NCBI GenBank assembly: GCA_963674965.2
Contig: CAXXFL010000006.1
Span: 1,056,001-1,120,000, forward strand
DNA from: a bacterium
GTDB lineage: Bacteria > RBG-13-61-14 > DATKZS01
Length of the DNA stretch: 64,000 nt
Direction: 5' to 3'
Within the stretch, counting starts at the first letter, position 1; the number at the start of each line of letters is the position of its first letter. Shown one piece after another: positions 50,918 through 60,050 of this stretch. Both the position numbers and the translations under genes were made by a program. The notes beneath the pieces are model-generated. The model was not told where the DNA came from. It searched no databases and saw nothing but the letters and a program-made list of their open reading frames with translations.

Positions 50918-51346
50918 TCAGCCCTTTTCCTCGGCGGAACTCTCGGTAGCGTCAAGCTGTTTGGTAAAGTGCTTGTAAAGCATCCACGTCACCCAGAAGC
51001 TGAAGAGAAAGATTATGCCGGGGACGACGATGCCGATAATTGGCGTACCCTGGTCCGGGCTTTCAGTTTTGGCTATTGCGATTTTTTCAGGGGCGGCCAC
51101 TTTCTCCACCGCCGCCGTTTCCTTGACCGGCTGAGTCTCGGGCGCTTTCATAAGGCTCAGGGCCAGGACCACGGCTATTCCCACGGCAAGCACAATGCCG
51201 CCTATTATGGCCAGGGCGCCGGTGGTGAATATTCTTTCGGCCTTGACGATCCTTTTCCTGTAATTGTAATAAGCCAGAAGCAGTCCAAGGGAGCTGACTC
51301 CGTAGGCCATGGCCATGCCGATTATTTTTCCTAAAGATTCATCCAT
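50918..51346 (-). CDS. Three-TM membrane protein, operonic with the SSS transporter
   Basis: Hydrophobic helices; 4 bp after the transporter stop. Confidence 0.7.
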   Translation of the reverse strand: MDESLGKIIGMAMAYGVSSLGLLLAYYNYRKRIVKAERIFTTGALAIIGGIVLAVGIAVVLALSLMKAPETQPVKETAAVEKVAAPEKIAIAKTESPDQGTPIIGIVVPGIIFLFSFWVTWMLYKHFTKQLDATESSAEEKG

Positions 51347-51350
51347 AACG

Positions 51351-53255
51351 TCACTCCCACTTGGTGGTCTTGTCGACCCTGTCCAGGTAGCCCTTCTGTT
51401 TCAACTCGAACTCGAGCGACATGGCCTTCAGCTTGGGATCGATCACCTTGTACATAAGCCAGATAGCAACAAGGCCGAACACCAGGGCTACGAAGCCCCA
51501 CCATTTAAGCAGCAACGCGCCCGCCAAGCCCACGGCGACAAGGATATAGGACAAGGCCGAGAAGACCGAGGCCGCCACGTCGTGTATGGTCCACTCATCG
51601 GACTCCTCGGGGGTCCAGTCCTGGGCGAAGAGCGACTTGGCATGGGCGCTTTTCGCCTCGGTAATAAGGCCGCGCTTAATGGCCTCGGCCCGAACCGGGC
51701 CCCAGAAGCCGACCGGACGCGCCTGGACATAGTATTGGACAAGGTGCTCCATGTCGTCGGGTTTGGTCAGGAACATGACCGGGATATAGACCAGGCCGAC
51801 CAGCACGGCCAAAAGCCAGAAGCTGGCCCAGTCGGGAAGCTGGGGAAGCACCCCCAGGGCCGGAAGCACGAAGACCACCAGCCAACTCATGAGAAGGTTG
51901 GCTATCCAACTGGACAGGTATCCCCAGGAGTTGAACCTCCACCAGATCACCTGGAGGATGGAGGGTATCCAGATGCCCGCCGCCTGGAGCCACAGGGCAA
52001 AGATAAGCCAGGCGGTTATATTCTCCATGGAAAGCCCGAGTATGAAGCTGCCAATAAGAAGGATAAACGTGTTAACCCGTCCGGCCCATACCAGATTATT
52101 TTCACTCGCCTTTGGGTTGATGTAGTGGTGATAAAGGTCGCGCGTGGCGTAAAGGGCGCCCAGGTTCAAATGGGTGGATATGGTCGATAAATGGATCGCG
52201 ATTATGGCCGCGAAGAACATGCCGATCAGGCCCACCGGCATGTACTCGAAGCCCATCTTGAACCAGCCGAACTCGTAGACGGCCCCTTCCTTGATATTAG
52301 GGAACATGACGAAGAAGGCCAGGATGGACACGGCCCAAAAAGAGTTCCTGAAGATGGCGGCCAGACCGCCGGCCCAGATGGAATAAGAGGCGTCGCGCAC
52401 GGTCCTGTTACTCTGTATGCGCTGGGCCTCGGGATACCAGTCGATGAAGTTGCCCATGCCGATGCCGCCGAACAGGGCCATGATCATAAGGGTGATGATG
52501 TCCAGGGCGTAGAACTTGCCCGACTCGAGACCGGCAAAGCCGTCGAAATGGAAGGGGTTGGTGCGCCAAGCCTGGCCCAGTTCGGCCAGCTTGTCCACGA
52601 TGGCCAGGGGCCCGCCCGCCTCGGCTATGCCCCATAGTGAGACGAGGGTGATGATGATAAAGCTGATCACTCCCTGCTGGAAGTCGGCCATGATCACGCC
52701 CCAGTACCCGGCGGTAAGAACGTAAATGGCGCAGATCGAGGTGAAGAGGGTGATACCGATGTATGGTTCCCATCCGAACAGGTAAGTGCAGACCTTGCCC
52801 ATGGCGGCGGACACCCAGGCCAGGACGAACATGTTCATGAACGTCTGCCACCCGGCCAGCCAGCCGCGTAAAAGCTCGGCCCCCAGGCCGGAGTAGCGAA
52901 GGTTCTGCCACTCGGCCTGGCTCATGGCCAACGAGCGCCGGAATATGCGCGTCGAGACAAAGGCGCTTACCGCGCACCAGGCGCTGAAAAAGGGATACCA
53001 TATGCCCCGCATGCCCCATTTGTAAATGGTGCCCGTGATCCACATGGGCGTGTCCGTGGCGGTGTGGGTGGCGTAGACCGAGGTGGCCGGCAACCACCAT
53101 GGCAGTCCTCTTCCGGCCAGGAAGAAGTCCGACTCGCTCCTTTTTCCCAGCCGATAAAAAATCACGCCGCAAACGATCATGAGCAGGATGAACAAGATAG
53201 TCCACGTCCAGTCCAGCGTCGTGAGTTTCACGGCAAGTTGAAGTTCTTCTCCCAT
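51351..53255 (-). CDS. Sodium:solute symporter family transporter
   Basis: DFFLAGRGLPWW, ATDTP, about 14 TM helices, STISTHLN. Confidence 0.92.
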   Translation of the reverse strand: MGEELQLAVKLTTLDWTWTILFILLMIVCGVIFYRLGKRSESDFFLAGRGLPWWLPATSVYATHTATDTPMWITGTIYKWGMRGIWYPFFSAWCAVSAFVSTRIFRRSLAMSQAEWQNLRYSGLGAELLRGWLAGWQTFMNMFVLAWVSAAMGKVCTYLFGWEPYIGITLFTSICAIYVLTAGYWGVIMADFQQGVISFIIITLVSLWGIAEAGGPLAIVDKLAELGQAWRTNPFHFDGFAGLESGKFYALDIITLMIMALFGGIGMGNFIDWYPEAQRIQSNRTVRDASYSIWAGGLAAIFRNSFWAVSILAFFVMFPNIKEGAVYEFGWFKMGFEYMPVGLIGMFFAAIIAIHLSTISTHLNLGALYATRDLYHHYINPKASENNLVWAGRVNTFILLIGSFILGLSMENITAWLIFALWLQAAGIWIPSILQVIWWRFNSWGYLSSWIANLLMSWLVVFVLPALGVLPQLPDWASFWLLAVLVGLVYIPVMFLTKPDDMEHLVQYYVQARPVGFWGPVRAEAIKRGLITEAKSAHAKSLFAQDWTPEESDEWTIHDVAASVFSALSYILVAVGLAGALLLKWWGFVALVFGLVAIWLMYKVIDPKLKAMSLEFELKQKGYLDRVDKTTKWE

Positions 53256-53502
53256 ACAGGACCTCCTTGAAAATGTCGGCTCGTAAACGGCTTAAATCAT
53301 ATCCCCGCCCCCTCGGGGTGTCAAGATATAAAGCGCGTGGATGGCCGATTTATTGGCGGAGCGTCGAAGGCTTGGCCTGAGTCCTACTCCGGATGGACCT
53401 TTTAGTTCAGCCCCGTTGGGCCGACATTCATAGCCCAAGGTGGAGGCATTAGCCCGCTCCCCGCGGCCGCCCACATAACGGATGAGCTATGTGTTACTTG
53501 TT

Positions 53503-53688
53503 GGCCCGTGCCTTATAACAAAATGCATGGGTGGCGCATCCGTGGGCCGAGTGCTGCAATTTTCCAGAAGAAGCGCGGTTTTTTTAAGCTTCTCCATATG
53601 AAAAGGTCGTTCCAACGCGATTGGCGTCAGAAGAGTTCAGCCTTCGGCTTCGCCGCCCACGCGATATTGAAGACAATATTGCGGCCAC
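53503..53688 (+). repeat. Dispersed repeat family, copy C (near complete)
   Basis: Contains the segments shared with copies A, B and D in order, ending in the CGCGATATTG-AAGA-CAATATTGCG hairpin. Confidence 0.72.
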
Positions 53689-53865
53689 GGCGCTTGAGAC
53701 GGCGTTTTAAGCGGTCGGATTAACAAGCCTCCCGTTTATTTCAACAATTTATTCCTTTTGACGAAAAAATCCTATTATTTGCGTCTATTATTCATGACGC
53801 CCAAAAGGAAGCGGAAAGAGTATACCAGAGCGCCAAAGGTTTTCACAAGCCGGCGCGGTTCCGCG

Positions 53866-53987
53866 CTTTGGAGTGCGGCGGCTCGACGCCGCTTTTCTTC
53901 CGAGCGGCTTGACGCGAGGCTCACGAGTTTGGCGGCCTTGTCAAGCCAAGGCCGGTGAAAGCGGTCTCGAGCGGCCGCGCTCCAAAG
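53866..53987. repeat. REPIN-like long inverted repeat
   Basis: CTTTGGAGTGCGGCGGCTCGACGCCGCTTT versus its inverted partner 53958-53987 (26/30); inner GGCTTGAC/GTCAAGCC pair. Confidence 0.82.
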
Positions 53988-54113
53988 GGGCGCAAGATGT
54001 ATTTAATATTTGCCCAGTTAAGCCCAAGTATGATATTATTTTTTTGACACGGGTAAATTTCAGGGCCCTGGCCGCTCGGGCGGCCTTCCAACTCGGCAAA
54101 GGAGAAAGCGATC

Positions 54114-55226
54114 ATGAGGAAAGGGATTTTGGCGGTCCTTAGCGTTTTGGCCGCGGCCGCTCTTTTTATCCTCGCGTCCTGCGAGGAAGGGGACTTCGAC
54201 GACCCCATGAAGGCCGTGCAAAGGTACTTCGAACAACTGGTCCGCAACGGCGATCGAAACGTGGACCCCACTAAACCCCTGGCCTACGACGTGGGCGAGA
54301 GGGTCCTCCAGGACGGCGTCAACGATACGACGGTGAAACTCATTTACGCGGCCTCGGGAGACGAGGTCTCGGGCGCGGTCCTGCCCAGCGCTCCCGTTTA
54401 TTGCCAACAGGGCAACGCGGCCTCCGGCATATGCGCCACGGCCGTGGCCTTCTATCCCGGCGGGCAAAGCGAGGAAAACGCCTGTTCCCTCTTCGGCGAC
54501 ACTCTCTATTACCTGGTGATCGACGGCCTGACCATATTCGGCGGCGACCCCCTCGACTCGATAACCGTCGAGTTCTTTACGGCCGAGGTGGATGAAGGCT
54601 CCTCCGTGACCTACTGCGGCTCGGGACCGCTCTACGCCTGGTGGACCATCGACGACCTGGACGCCGACGACGGCATGACCCTGGGCATTGGAGGAGACTC
54701 GCCATGGAGCATCACTTCTTACGGTATCCAGGCCTATCCGGATAATGGTTACTATGGGTACAATGCGTTTATGTCATCTATGCCTGGAGTATTAGACCTT
54801 CAAATAAGTGCATGGCCACCAGGTGGGAGTTTCTACCAATATCAGGCTACTCCTTATCTTCCGCCTTATACTCCTATGGTGCGCATTCGAAACTCAGACG
54901 GTTCTATGCATACAATACCGGCTGGGGCTTCAATTGTTATGACAAGTTCTATTGGCGCCACGGTAAATGTTACTTTGCCAGCGGGAGATACTGTGCCGGC
55001 AGGAGAATCTCTATTACTATACGTAGGAAACGATGGTTCTTCATATTATGCAGTAGACGGGAATACCACTGGTGGTGATTATTCCGTTGACTCAACGACA
55101 CTTGATAATTGTCAAGATCCATGCACTGCTTTTGGATTTCCACCACCTTGTCCAGACCCATCTGTAGGATGCCCGATGCTTTCTCCTCCGGACGCCTTTG
55201 CCAACCCGGCGGCGGCGACGCCTTAA
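54114..55226 (+). CDS. Surface lipoprotein with mosaic composition
   Basis: Lipobox LASC; GC-rich 5' part, AT-rich segment about 54715-55185, GC-rich end. Confidence 0.8.
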   Translation: MRKGILAVLSVLAAAALFILASCEEGDFDDPMKAVQRYFEQLVRNGDRNVDPTKPLAYDVGERVLQDGVNDTTVKLIYAASGDEVSGAVLPSAPVYCQQGNAASGICATAVAFYPGGQSEENACSLFGDTLYYLVIDGLTIFGGDPLDSITVEFFTAEVDEGSSVTYCGSGPLYAWWTIDDLDADDGMTLGIGGDSPWSITSYGIQAYPDNGYYGYNAFMSSMPGVLDLQISAWPPGGSFYQYQATPYLPPYTPMVRIRNSDGSMHTIPAGASIVMTSSIGATVNVTLPAGDTVPAGESLLLYVGNDGSSYYAVDGNTTGGDYSVDSTTLDNCQDPCTAFGFPPPCPDPSVGCPMLSPPDAFANPAAATP

Positions 55227-55291
55227 GCCGGAAGCTCTGGAGCCTTAGGATGAAACATTTTACCGAAACCTTGGAAACGGGAGTACGAAAC

Positions 55292-56626
55292 ATGCTTAAG
55301 AGATTGGTTTTACCGGTAATATTGGTGGCCCTTTTCTATTGCCACGCGGCGGGGGCCCAGGTCATTTACCAGCGCGTGCCCTTTGCATCCCCTCCCAACC
55401 CGGTGGGCTCGGGCGGACGCGCCGTGGGGTGGGGCAGCGCCTTTATCGCCGTGGCCGACGACGCCACGGCCGCGAGCTGGAACCCGGCTGGTCTCATCCA
55501 GCTTGTGACTCCCGAGGCGTCGGTGGTCACCTCCTATCACTCCCGCAGCGAGGACTTGTCCTTCGAGGGGCAGTTCAACGTCGACTCCGAGAGCGCCTCC
55601 CTGTCGCGGGTCAACATCAACTACGCCTCCGTGGTCTATCCTTTCAGCGTGGGCGGCATGAACATGGTGACCAGCCTCAACTACCAGAGGCTCTTCGAGT
55701 TCGACCGCGACCTCGACTTCACCGTCTCCGGCGTGCAGGGGGGCAACCAGTTCATCTCGAGCCGCGACTTCCAGCAGAAGGGCGCCATGACCACCCTGAC
55801 CCCGGCCTACGCCATCCAGATCACCCCCCAGTGGTCCATGGGCCTCTCGGTCAACGTGTGGGGCCTCGAGGACGGGGCTGACGGCTGGCAGCAGCAGCTC
55901 CAGGCCGTGGACGTGGTGGACCCGGGGTATCCTTTCCTCTCCAGGTCCCTGGCCGAGGCGGACGAGAAATACGAGATCAGCGGGTATAACTTCGTGGTCG
56001 GAACTCACGTTAAGATACAGAACTTCACCATCGGCGCGGTCTACAAGTCGTCCTGGGACGGCGACGTGAACTTCACCCGCACCGACGTCAGCTCGGTATA
56101 CTTTCCCGACAACCCGGCCGGCAACCAGTATCCCAACATAGCGGTCTACCAGGAGGACCAGACCATCACCTGGCCCGCGTCGTTCGGCGTGGGCGTGGCC
56201 TACCGTTACTCTGACCGCCTGTCCTTAGCTCTCGACGCCTACATGACCCAGTGGAGCGACTACGTGCTCGAGACGGAGGACGGCGAGAAACTGAACCTCC
56301 TGGCCGGCACGGCGAACCAGGACGCCGACGTTAGCGACACGGTCCAGGTAAGGGGCGGCGCCGAATACCTCTGGATCAGGCCCAAGTACGTCTTCGCCCT
56401 GCGCGGCGGGGCCTTCTACGACCCCGAGCCCATCGAGGACGAGATCAACGACTTTTACGGCGTGGCCCTGGGCGGCGGCGTGGTTTACCGGCAGTTCGTG
56501 GTGGACGCCGCGGTCCAGTACAAATGGGCCAGCGACGCCAAGGGCGAGCAGTTCGAGGGCTACCGGGCCAACACCCAGGTGGGCGACATGTTCGCCATCC
56601 TGAGCCTCATTTATCATATCGAGTAG
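55292..56626 (+). CDS. OmpP1/FadL-family outer-membrane beta-barrel
   Basis: Signal peptide; GSGGRAVGWGSAFIAVADDATAASWNPAGL; amphipathic strands. Confidence 0.88.
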   Translation: MLKRLVLPVILVALFYCHAAGAQVIYQRVPFASPPNPVGSGGRAVGWGSAFIAVADDATAASWNPAGLIQLVTPEASVVTSYHSRSEDLSFEGQFNVDSESASLSRVNINYASVVYPFSVGGMNMVTSLNYQRLFEFDRDLDFTVSGVQGGNQFISSRDFQQKGAMTTLTPAYAIQITPQWSMGLSVNVWGLEDGADGWQQQLQAVDVVDPGYPFLSRSLAEADEKYEISGYNFVVGTHVKIQNFTIGAVYKSSWDGDVNFTRTDVSSVYFPDNPAGNQYPNIAVYQEDQTITWPASFGVGVAYRYSDRLSLALDAYMTQWSDYVLETEDGEKLNLLAGTANQDADVSDTVQVRGGAEYLWIRPKYVFALRGGAFYDPEPIEDEINDFYGVALGGGVVYRQFVVDAAVQYKWASDAKGEQFEGYRANTQVGDMFAILSLIYHIE

Positions 56627-56672
56627 GCCGGTCCCGGTGTCGCCCATCTATGTCCCCGAAGGGGACGGATTC

Positions 56673-56833
56673 GGGTCGCCCACGCATTTTTGCGTGGGTG
56701 AGCGAAGCGAACGGGCTATTAGGTTCGTAACCGAGGGCGTTTGGCGGCTTTCGAACGAAGAGCAAGAAGGCCCGGCGAGGGTAGGCATTCAGCCTGCGGC
56801 TTACGCCGCCCATGCATGATGCATGGGCGACCC
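56673..56833 (+). repeat. 161-bp hairpin-ended REPIN/MITE-like unit 1
   Basis: TIR GGGTCGCCCACGCA...TGCATGGGCGACCC; each end is itself a hairpin. Confidence 0.88.
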
Positions 56834-56875
56834 TGACTTGCAGGTCTCATGGAACTACCAGCCGCTTAAGCGCCG

Positions 56876-57036
56876 GGGCCGCCCACGCATTTTTGCGTGG
56901 GTGAGCGAAGCGAACGGGCTATTAGGTTCGGCACCGAGAACGTTTGGCGGCTTTCGAACGGTAGGAAAGGTGATCGGACGGCGGGAAGGATTAAACCCGC
57001 GGCTTACGCCGCCCATGCATGATGCATGGGCGACCC
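56876..57036 (+). repeat. 161-bp hairpin-ended REPIN/MITE-like unit 2
   Basis: Tandem copy at 203-bp period; ends nearly identical, centre diverged. Confidence 0.88.
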
Positions 57037-57151
57037 CGGAGTACGGGTGACCGCCGTATACAGGCGCGTAAAATAGTTTTTCCGGGTCCGTTCACCGTCT
57101 CATCTTGCGCCCGCTTCTTAATAGGTGAACGGGCCCTTTTCGTCTCTTTTT

Positions 57152-57502
57152 CTATTCGGTTTCCAGGTCGCGGAAGAAGCAGGAGCGCTTTCCCGTGTGG
57201 CAGGCCACTCCCACCTGGTCGATGCCCATGAGGAGCGTGTCGGCGTCGCAGTCGTACTTGATCCATTTAAGGCGCTGGATATGGCCGGAGGTGCCGCCTT
57301 TTTTCCACAGCTCTTGGCGCGACCGGCTCCAGTAGTGGCAAATCCTGGTCTCGAGGGTAAGGGCCAGGGACTCGGCGTTCATGTAGGCCATCATCAGGAC
57401 TTCCATGTTCTCGGCGTCCTGGGCGATGGCCGGGACCAGGCCCCGGTCGTCGAACTTGACCTTGTCAACTATTTCCTTGTACTTCTTGGCCGGATCGCTC
57501 AT
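57152..57502 (-). CDS. hisI: Phosphoribosyl-AMP cyclohydrolase
   Basis: [35 protein letters not shown]. Confidence 0.95.
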   Translation of the reverse strand: MSDPAKKYKEIVDKVKFDDRGLVPAIAQDAENMEVLMMAYMNAESLALTLETRICHYWSRSRQELWKKGGTSGHIQRLKWIKYDCDADTLLMGIDQVGVACHTGKRSCFFRDLETE

Positions 57503-57606
57503 CTTGAACCCCTTTCAAACGACTCCGGCCCCGCCGTGAGGGCCAGGGCCGCGTTCGAGATTATGTATTTATCTTGGCCTAAAAAGCCGGGGGTATCAAA
57601 TCCGGG

Positions 57607-59328
57607 TTATTTCTTGCTCCCGAAAATCTTGGACCACACGCCTTTTTGCTTGCGGTCCTGGTTCATGAACGAAAGTTCCCGCTTGGCCGACTGGTTGTCC
57701 GGATTGACGTCGATCGCGAGACGGAATCGCTCCTCCGCCTCCTTCACGTCCCCCTCCCGCTTGGCGATAACGCCCAGGTAGTAATGGGCGCGGTCCAACT
57801 CCGGATCGATCTTGACCGCCGACTTGAGATATCCCTTGGCCTCGGCCGAGTCCTTTGCACCGGCCCGGAATATGGACCATCCCAGGTTCATGAAGAAACT
57901 CGGGTCCTCGGGATCGAGTTCGATGCAGACCTCGTAAAGCTCGCGGGCGTAAAGCGGGGCGTTGTGCCTCATGTACCAGCGGCCGCGCTCGGCGGTCTTG
58001 CGGGCCAGCATCTTTCCAATGGCCGCGTTATAGGCGTGGGGCCTCTCCTCCGCCACCAAGCCCCTCTCGTACTCGATCCTTTTCTCCGGCCGGGCCAGCA
58101 CGTCGTGGGCGAACTTGAGCTTGTCGTGAAGCTCCCTGGCAAGTTCTTTCGACTTTCCCTCCTGGTTGTCCATCTCGAGGGCGTTCCTCTTCTCGATGAA
58201 GGCGCGGTTGATCTCGTCCAGGTCGCTGGATATGGTCAGTCCCAAAAGCTCGAAGAGGTCGGAGGCCTCTCCGATCTCCTGGGCCATGCGCCGAAGCCTG
58301 GGCGCCACGCCGGGTCCCGGGTCCGTTTCGGCTTCCTTTTCCTCGGCGGGCGCGCCTCTATTTTCGCCGGGGTCCGCGTCCACCCTGTCCGAGTTCGGCT
58401 TGGTCATAACGTAGCCCGTTTCGACGTCGGGCTTGGGCCGTCTCAGGTCCTGGATATCCTCGTCTTCCTCCTTTTGCTTCTCTTGTTCGGGTCCGCCCTC
58501 TTTCCTGGTTTCCTCCATCTCCGGGGGCAGGGAGGCGTCCGCGTCCAAACAGGGCACCTCGTCGAAGACCTCGTCCTCCGATATCTCGGGCATGAACACT
58601 AAAAGCCGCGTCACCAGTAAAAGATACATCAGGTTGATGGCCTGGTTTATGTCCCCGAGATCGTTCTGCATGACCTGCATGGCCTGACCCACCCCGATCT
58701 CGCGATTGAACAGGTCCAGGACGTCGCTGTGCTTATAAAGGGGGTCGGGAAGAAGGAAGTAGTCACGAACGTCCTGGTTGATCTTCACCTTCCTTTGGTC
58801 CACGGCGAAAATCTCGTTGGCCAGGTCGTAAGAATGGAACCTGGCCATGCCCTCGTAGATGATCTCGAGCGGGTTCAGGTCGTACATGGGAAGGTCCAGG
58901 AAGACCTCCTCCCCGTCCGTGAAGGTATAGCGGCCGCTCCTGTAACCGCAGGCCTTGATGATTATCTCCTTGGCCGACTTGGCCCGGTAGTAATAAATCT
59001 GGGACTCCGTAACCTCGAGGATGTCCTGCAGGCACTGGACAACGTCGATCGACTTCTCCTTGGCCAGTTGCTTGACCTGGAGCACGTCCTCAACCGGCAG
59101 GCGGCTGTCCGCCACCATCACGTCAAGAACCGAGTGGCCCGGGCTGGTGGTCTCGGAATAAACGGGAATGCCGTTAAAGGCGAAAATCGAGGAGCGGATG
59201 CTGCCCGGATAAAGGTCCAGGCGGCCCGTCTTCCTGCTGGCGAAGAGGACCCCCAACAGCTTGATCATCGAGTGACTCGAAAGGTCGCCCTCATGCACTA
59301 TCTCTGAAGTTAAATCACAAAGGTTCAT
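57607..59328 (-). CDS. DUF4388 / DnaJ-like / TPR domain protein
   Basis: N-terminal G.L....L..L....KTGRL, acidic linker, J-like segment ending HDVLARPEKRIEYE, C-terminal TPRs. Confidence 0.8.
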   Translation of the reverse strand: MNLCDLTSEIVHEGDLSSHSMIKLLGVLFASRKTGRLDLYPGSIRSSIFAFNGIPVYSETTSPGHSVLDVMVADSRLPVEDVLQVKQLAKEKSIDVVQCLQDILEVTESQIYYYRAKSAKEIIIKACGYRSGRYTFTDGEEVFLDLPMYDLNPLEIIYEGMARFHSYDLANEIFAVDQRKVKINQDVRDYFLLPDPLYKHSDVLDLFNREIGVGQAMQVMQNDLGDINQAINLMYLLLVTRLLVFMPEISEDEVFDEVPCLDADASLPPEMEETRKEGGPEQEKQKEEDEDIQDLRRPKPDVETGYVMTKPNSDRVDADPGENRGAPAEEKEAETDPGPGVAPRLRRMAQEIGEASDLFELLGLTISSDLDEINRAFIEKRNALEMDNQEGKSKELARELHDKLKFAHDVLARPEKRIEYERGLVAEERPHAYNAAIGKMLARKTAERGRWYMRHNAPLYARELYEVCIELDPEDPSFFMNLGWSIFRAGAKDSAEAKGYLKSAVKIDPELDRAHYYLGVIAKREGDVKEAEERFRLAIDVNPDNQSAKRELSFMNQDRKQKGVWSKIFGSKK

Positions 59329-59636
59329 GGATTTTTTCCGGTCCCCGAGTCGGCTAAACCCCGATCCGGCCCGCCGAGCGAAAGCTCCTTTTACAAAACC
59401 CTTCCTCTTCTCACGACTTAAAAGGTGATATTAATATAACGCCGTCAACTTGGCAAATTCCATGGTGAATGCCAATCACGGCCGAACCGCGGGCGCTCGG
59501 GTCGCTCCCCAAGTTTTTCCTATCCTCCCGTTGAAAAACCGATAATAATGGGTATTGACGATCATGGCAAACGGGCGTCTCACTTGCCATTCAAGCCGGA
59601 CGTTGCTATTTGCCAATGAGGGCGGGGCCTTTTTTC

Positions 59637-59665
59637 TTGACAAGGAAGCAAGGGCCGGATATATT
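59637..59665 (+). promoter_or_regulatory. Sigma70 promoter of the aroF leader
   Basis: TTGACA (59637-59642), 17 bp, TATATT (59660-59665); predicted +1 at or near ATG 59672. Confidence 0.82.
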
Positions 59666-59671
59666 GGTAAT

Positions 59672-59773
59672 ATGATGATCGGAAACGATACGCGACCCGG
59701 ACGGCGATATTACGGCCGGCGATGGTATACCCGATTTACCTTTATCGGGTCCATCGGCGGGAGGGCTGTGTAA
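59672..59773 (+). CDS. Aromatic-rich attenuator leader peptide (33 aa)
   Basis: MMIGNDTRPGRRYYGRRWYTRFTFIGSIGGRAV; 3 Tyr, 1 Trp and 2 Phe within 12 codons. Confidence 0.8.
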   Translation: MMIGNDTRPGRRYYGRRWYTRFTFIGSIGGRAV

Positions 59774-59868
59774 ACTAGACCAACGAACGCCGGTGGACGA
59801 CAAGGAAAGGTCGCCGGCGAAAACATACTCGGGCCATGAAAACATGGCCGCCTCAACGAGGGGCTTAT

Positions 59869-59899
59869 AGCCGGCGCGGAAACGTGGCCGGCTTTTTTT
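59869..59899 (+). terminator. Attenuator terminator upstream of aroF
   Basis: AGCCGGC-GCG-GAAA-CGT-G-GCCGGCT stem running into T7. Confidence 0.85.
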
Positions 59900-60050
59900 C
59901 GCCGGGAAAGAATTAAGGAGTAGAAAAATGGAGTCCCTCGGCGTGGTCCCTGGCAAAGCGTCTCCCGCGGTCCTTTCAGGGGCCGGAGAGCTTAAAATAT
60001 CGCTCGGCGAGAGCGGAGAAAAAATCAAGCTGGATTGGAGGAAAGGAAAA

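Noticed and set aside
54715-55185. Diversity-generating retroelement target
   Set aside because: No reverse transcriptase and no template/variable repeat pair in the window
56673-57036. CRISPR array
   Set aside because: Only two 161-bp units with terminal inverted repeats and no cas genes; fits a REPIN or MITE better
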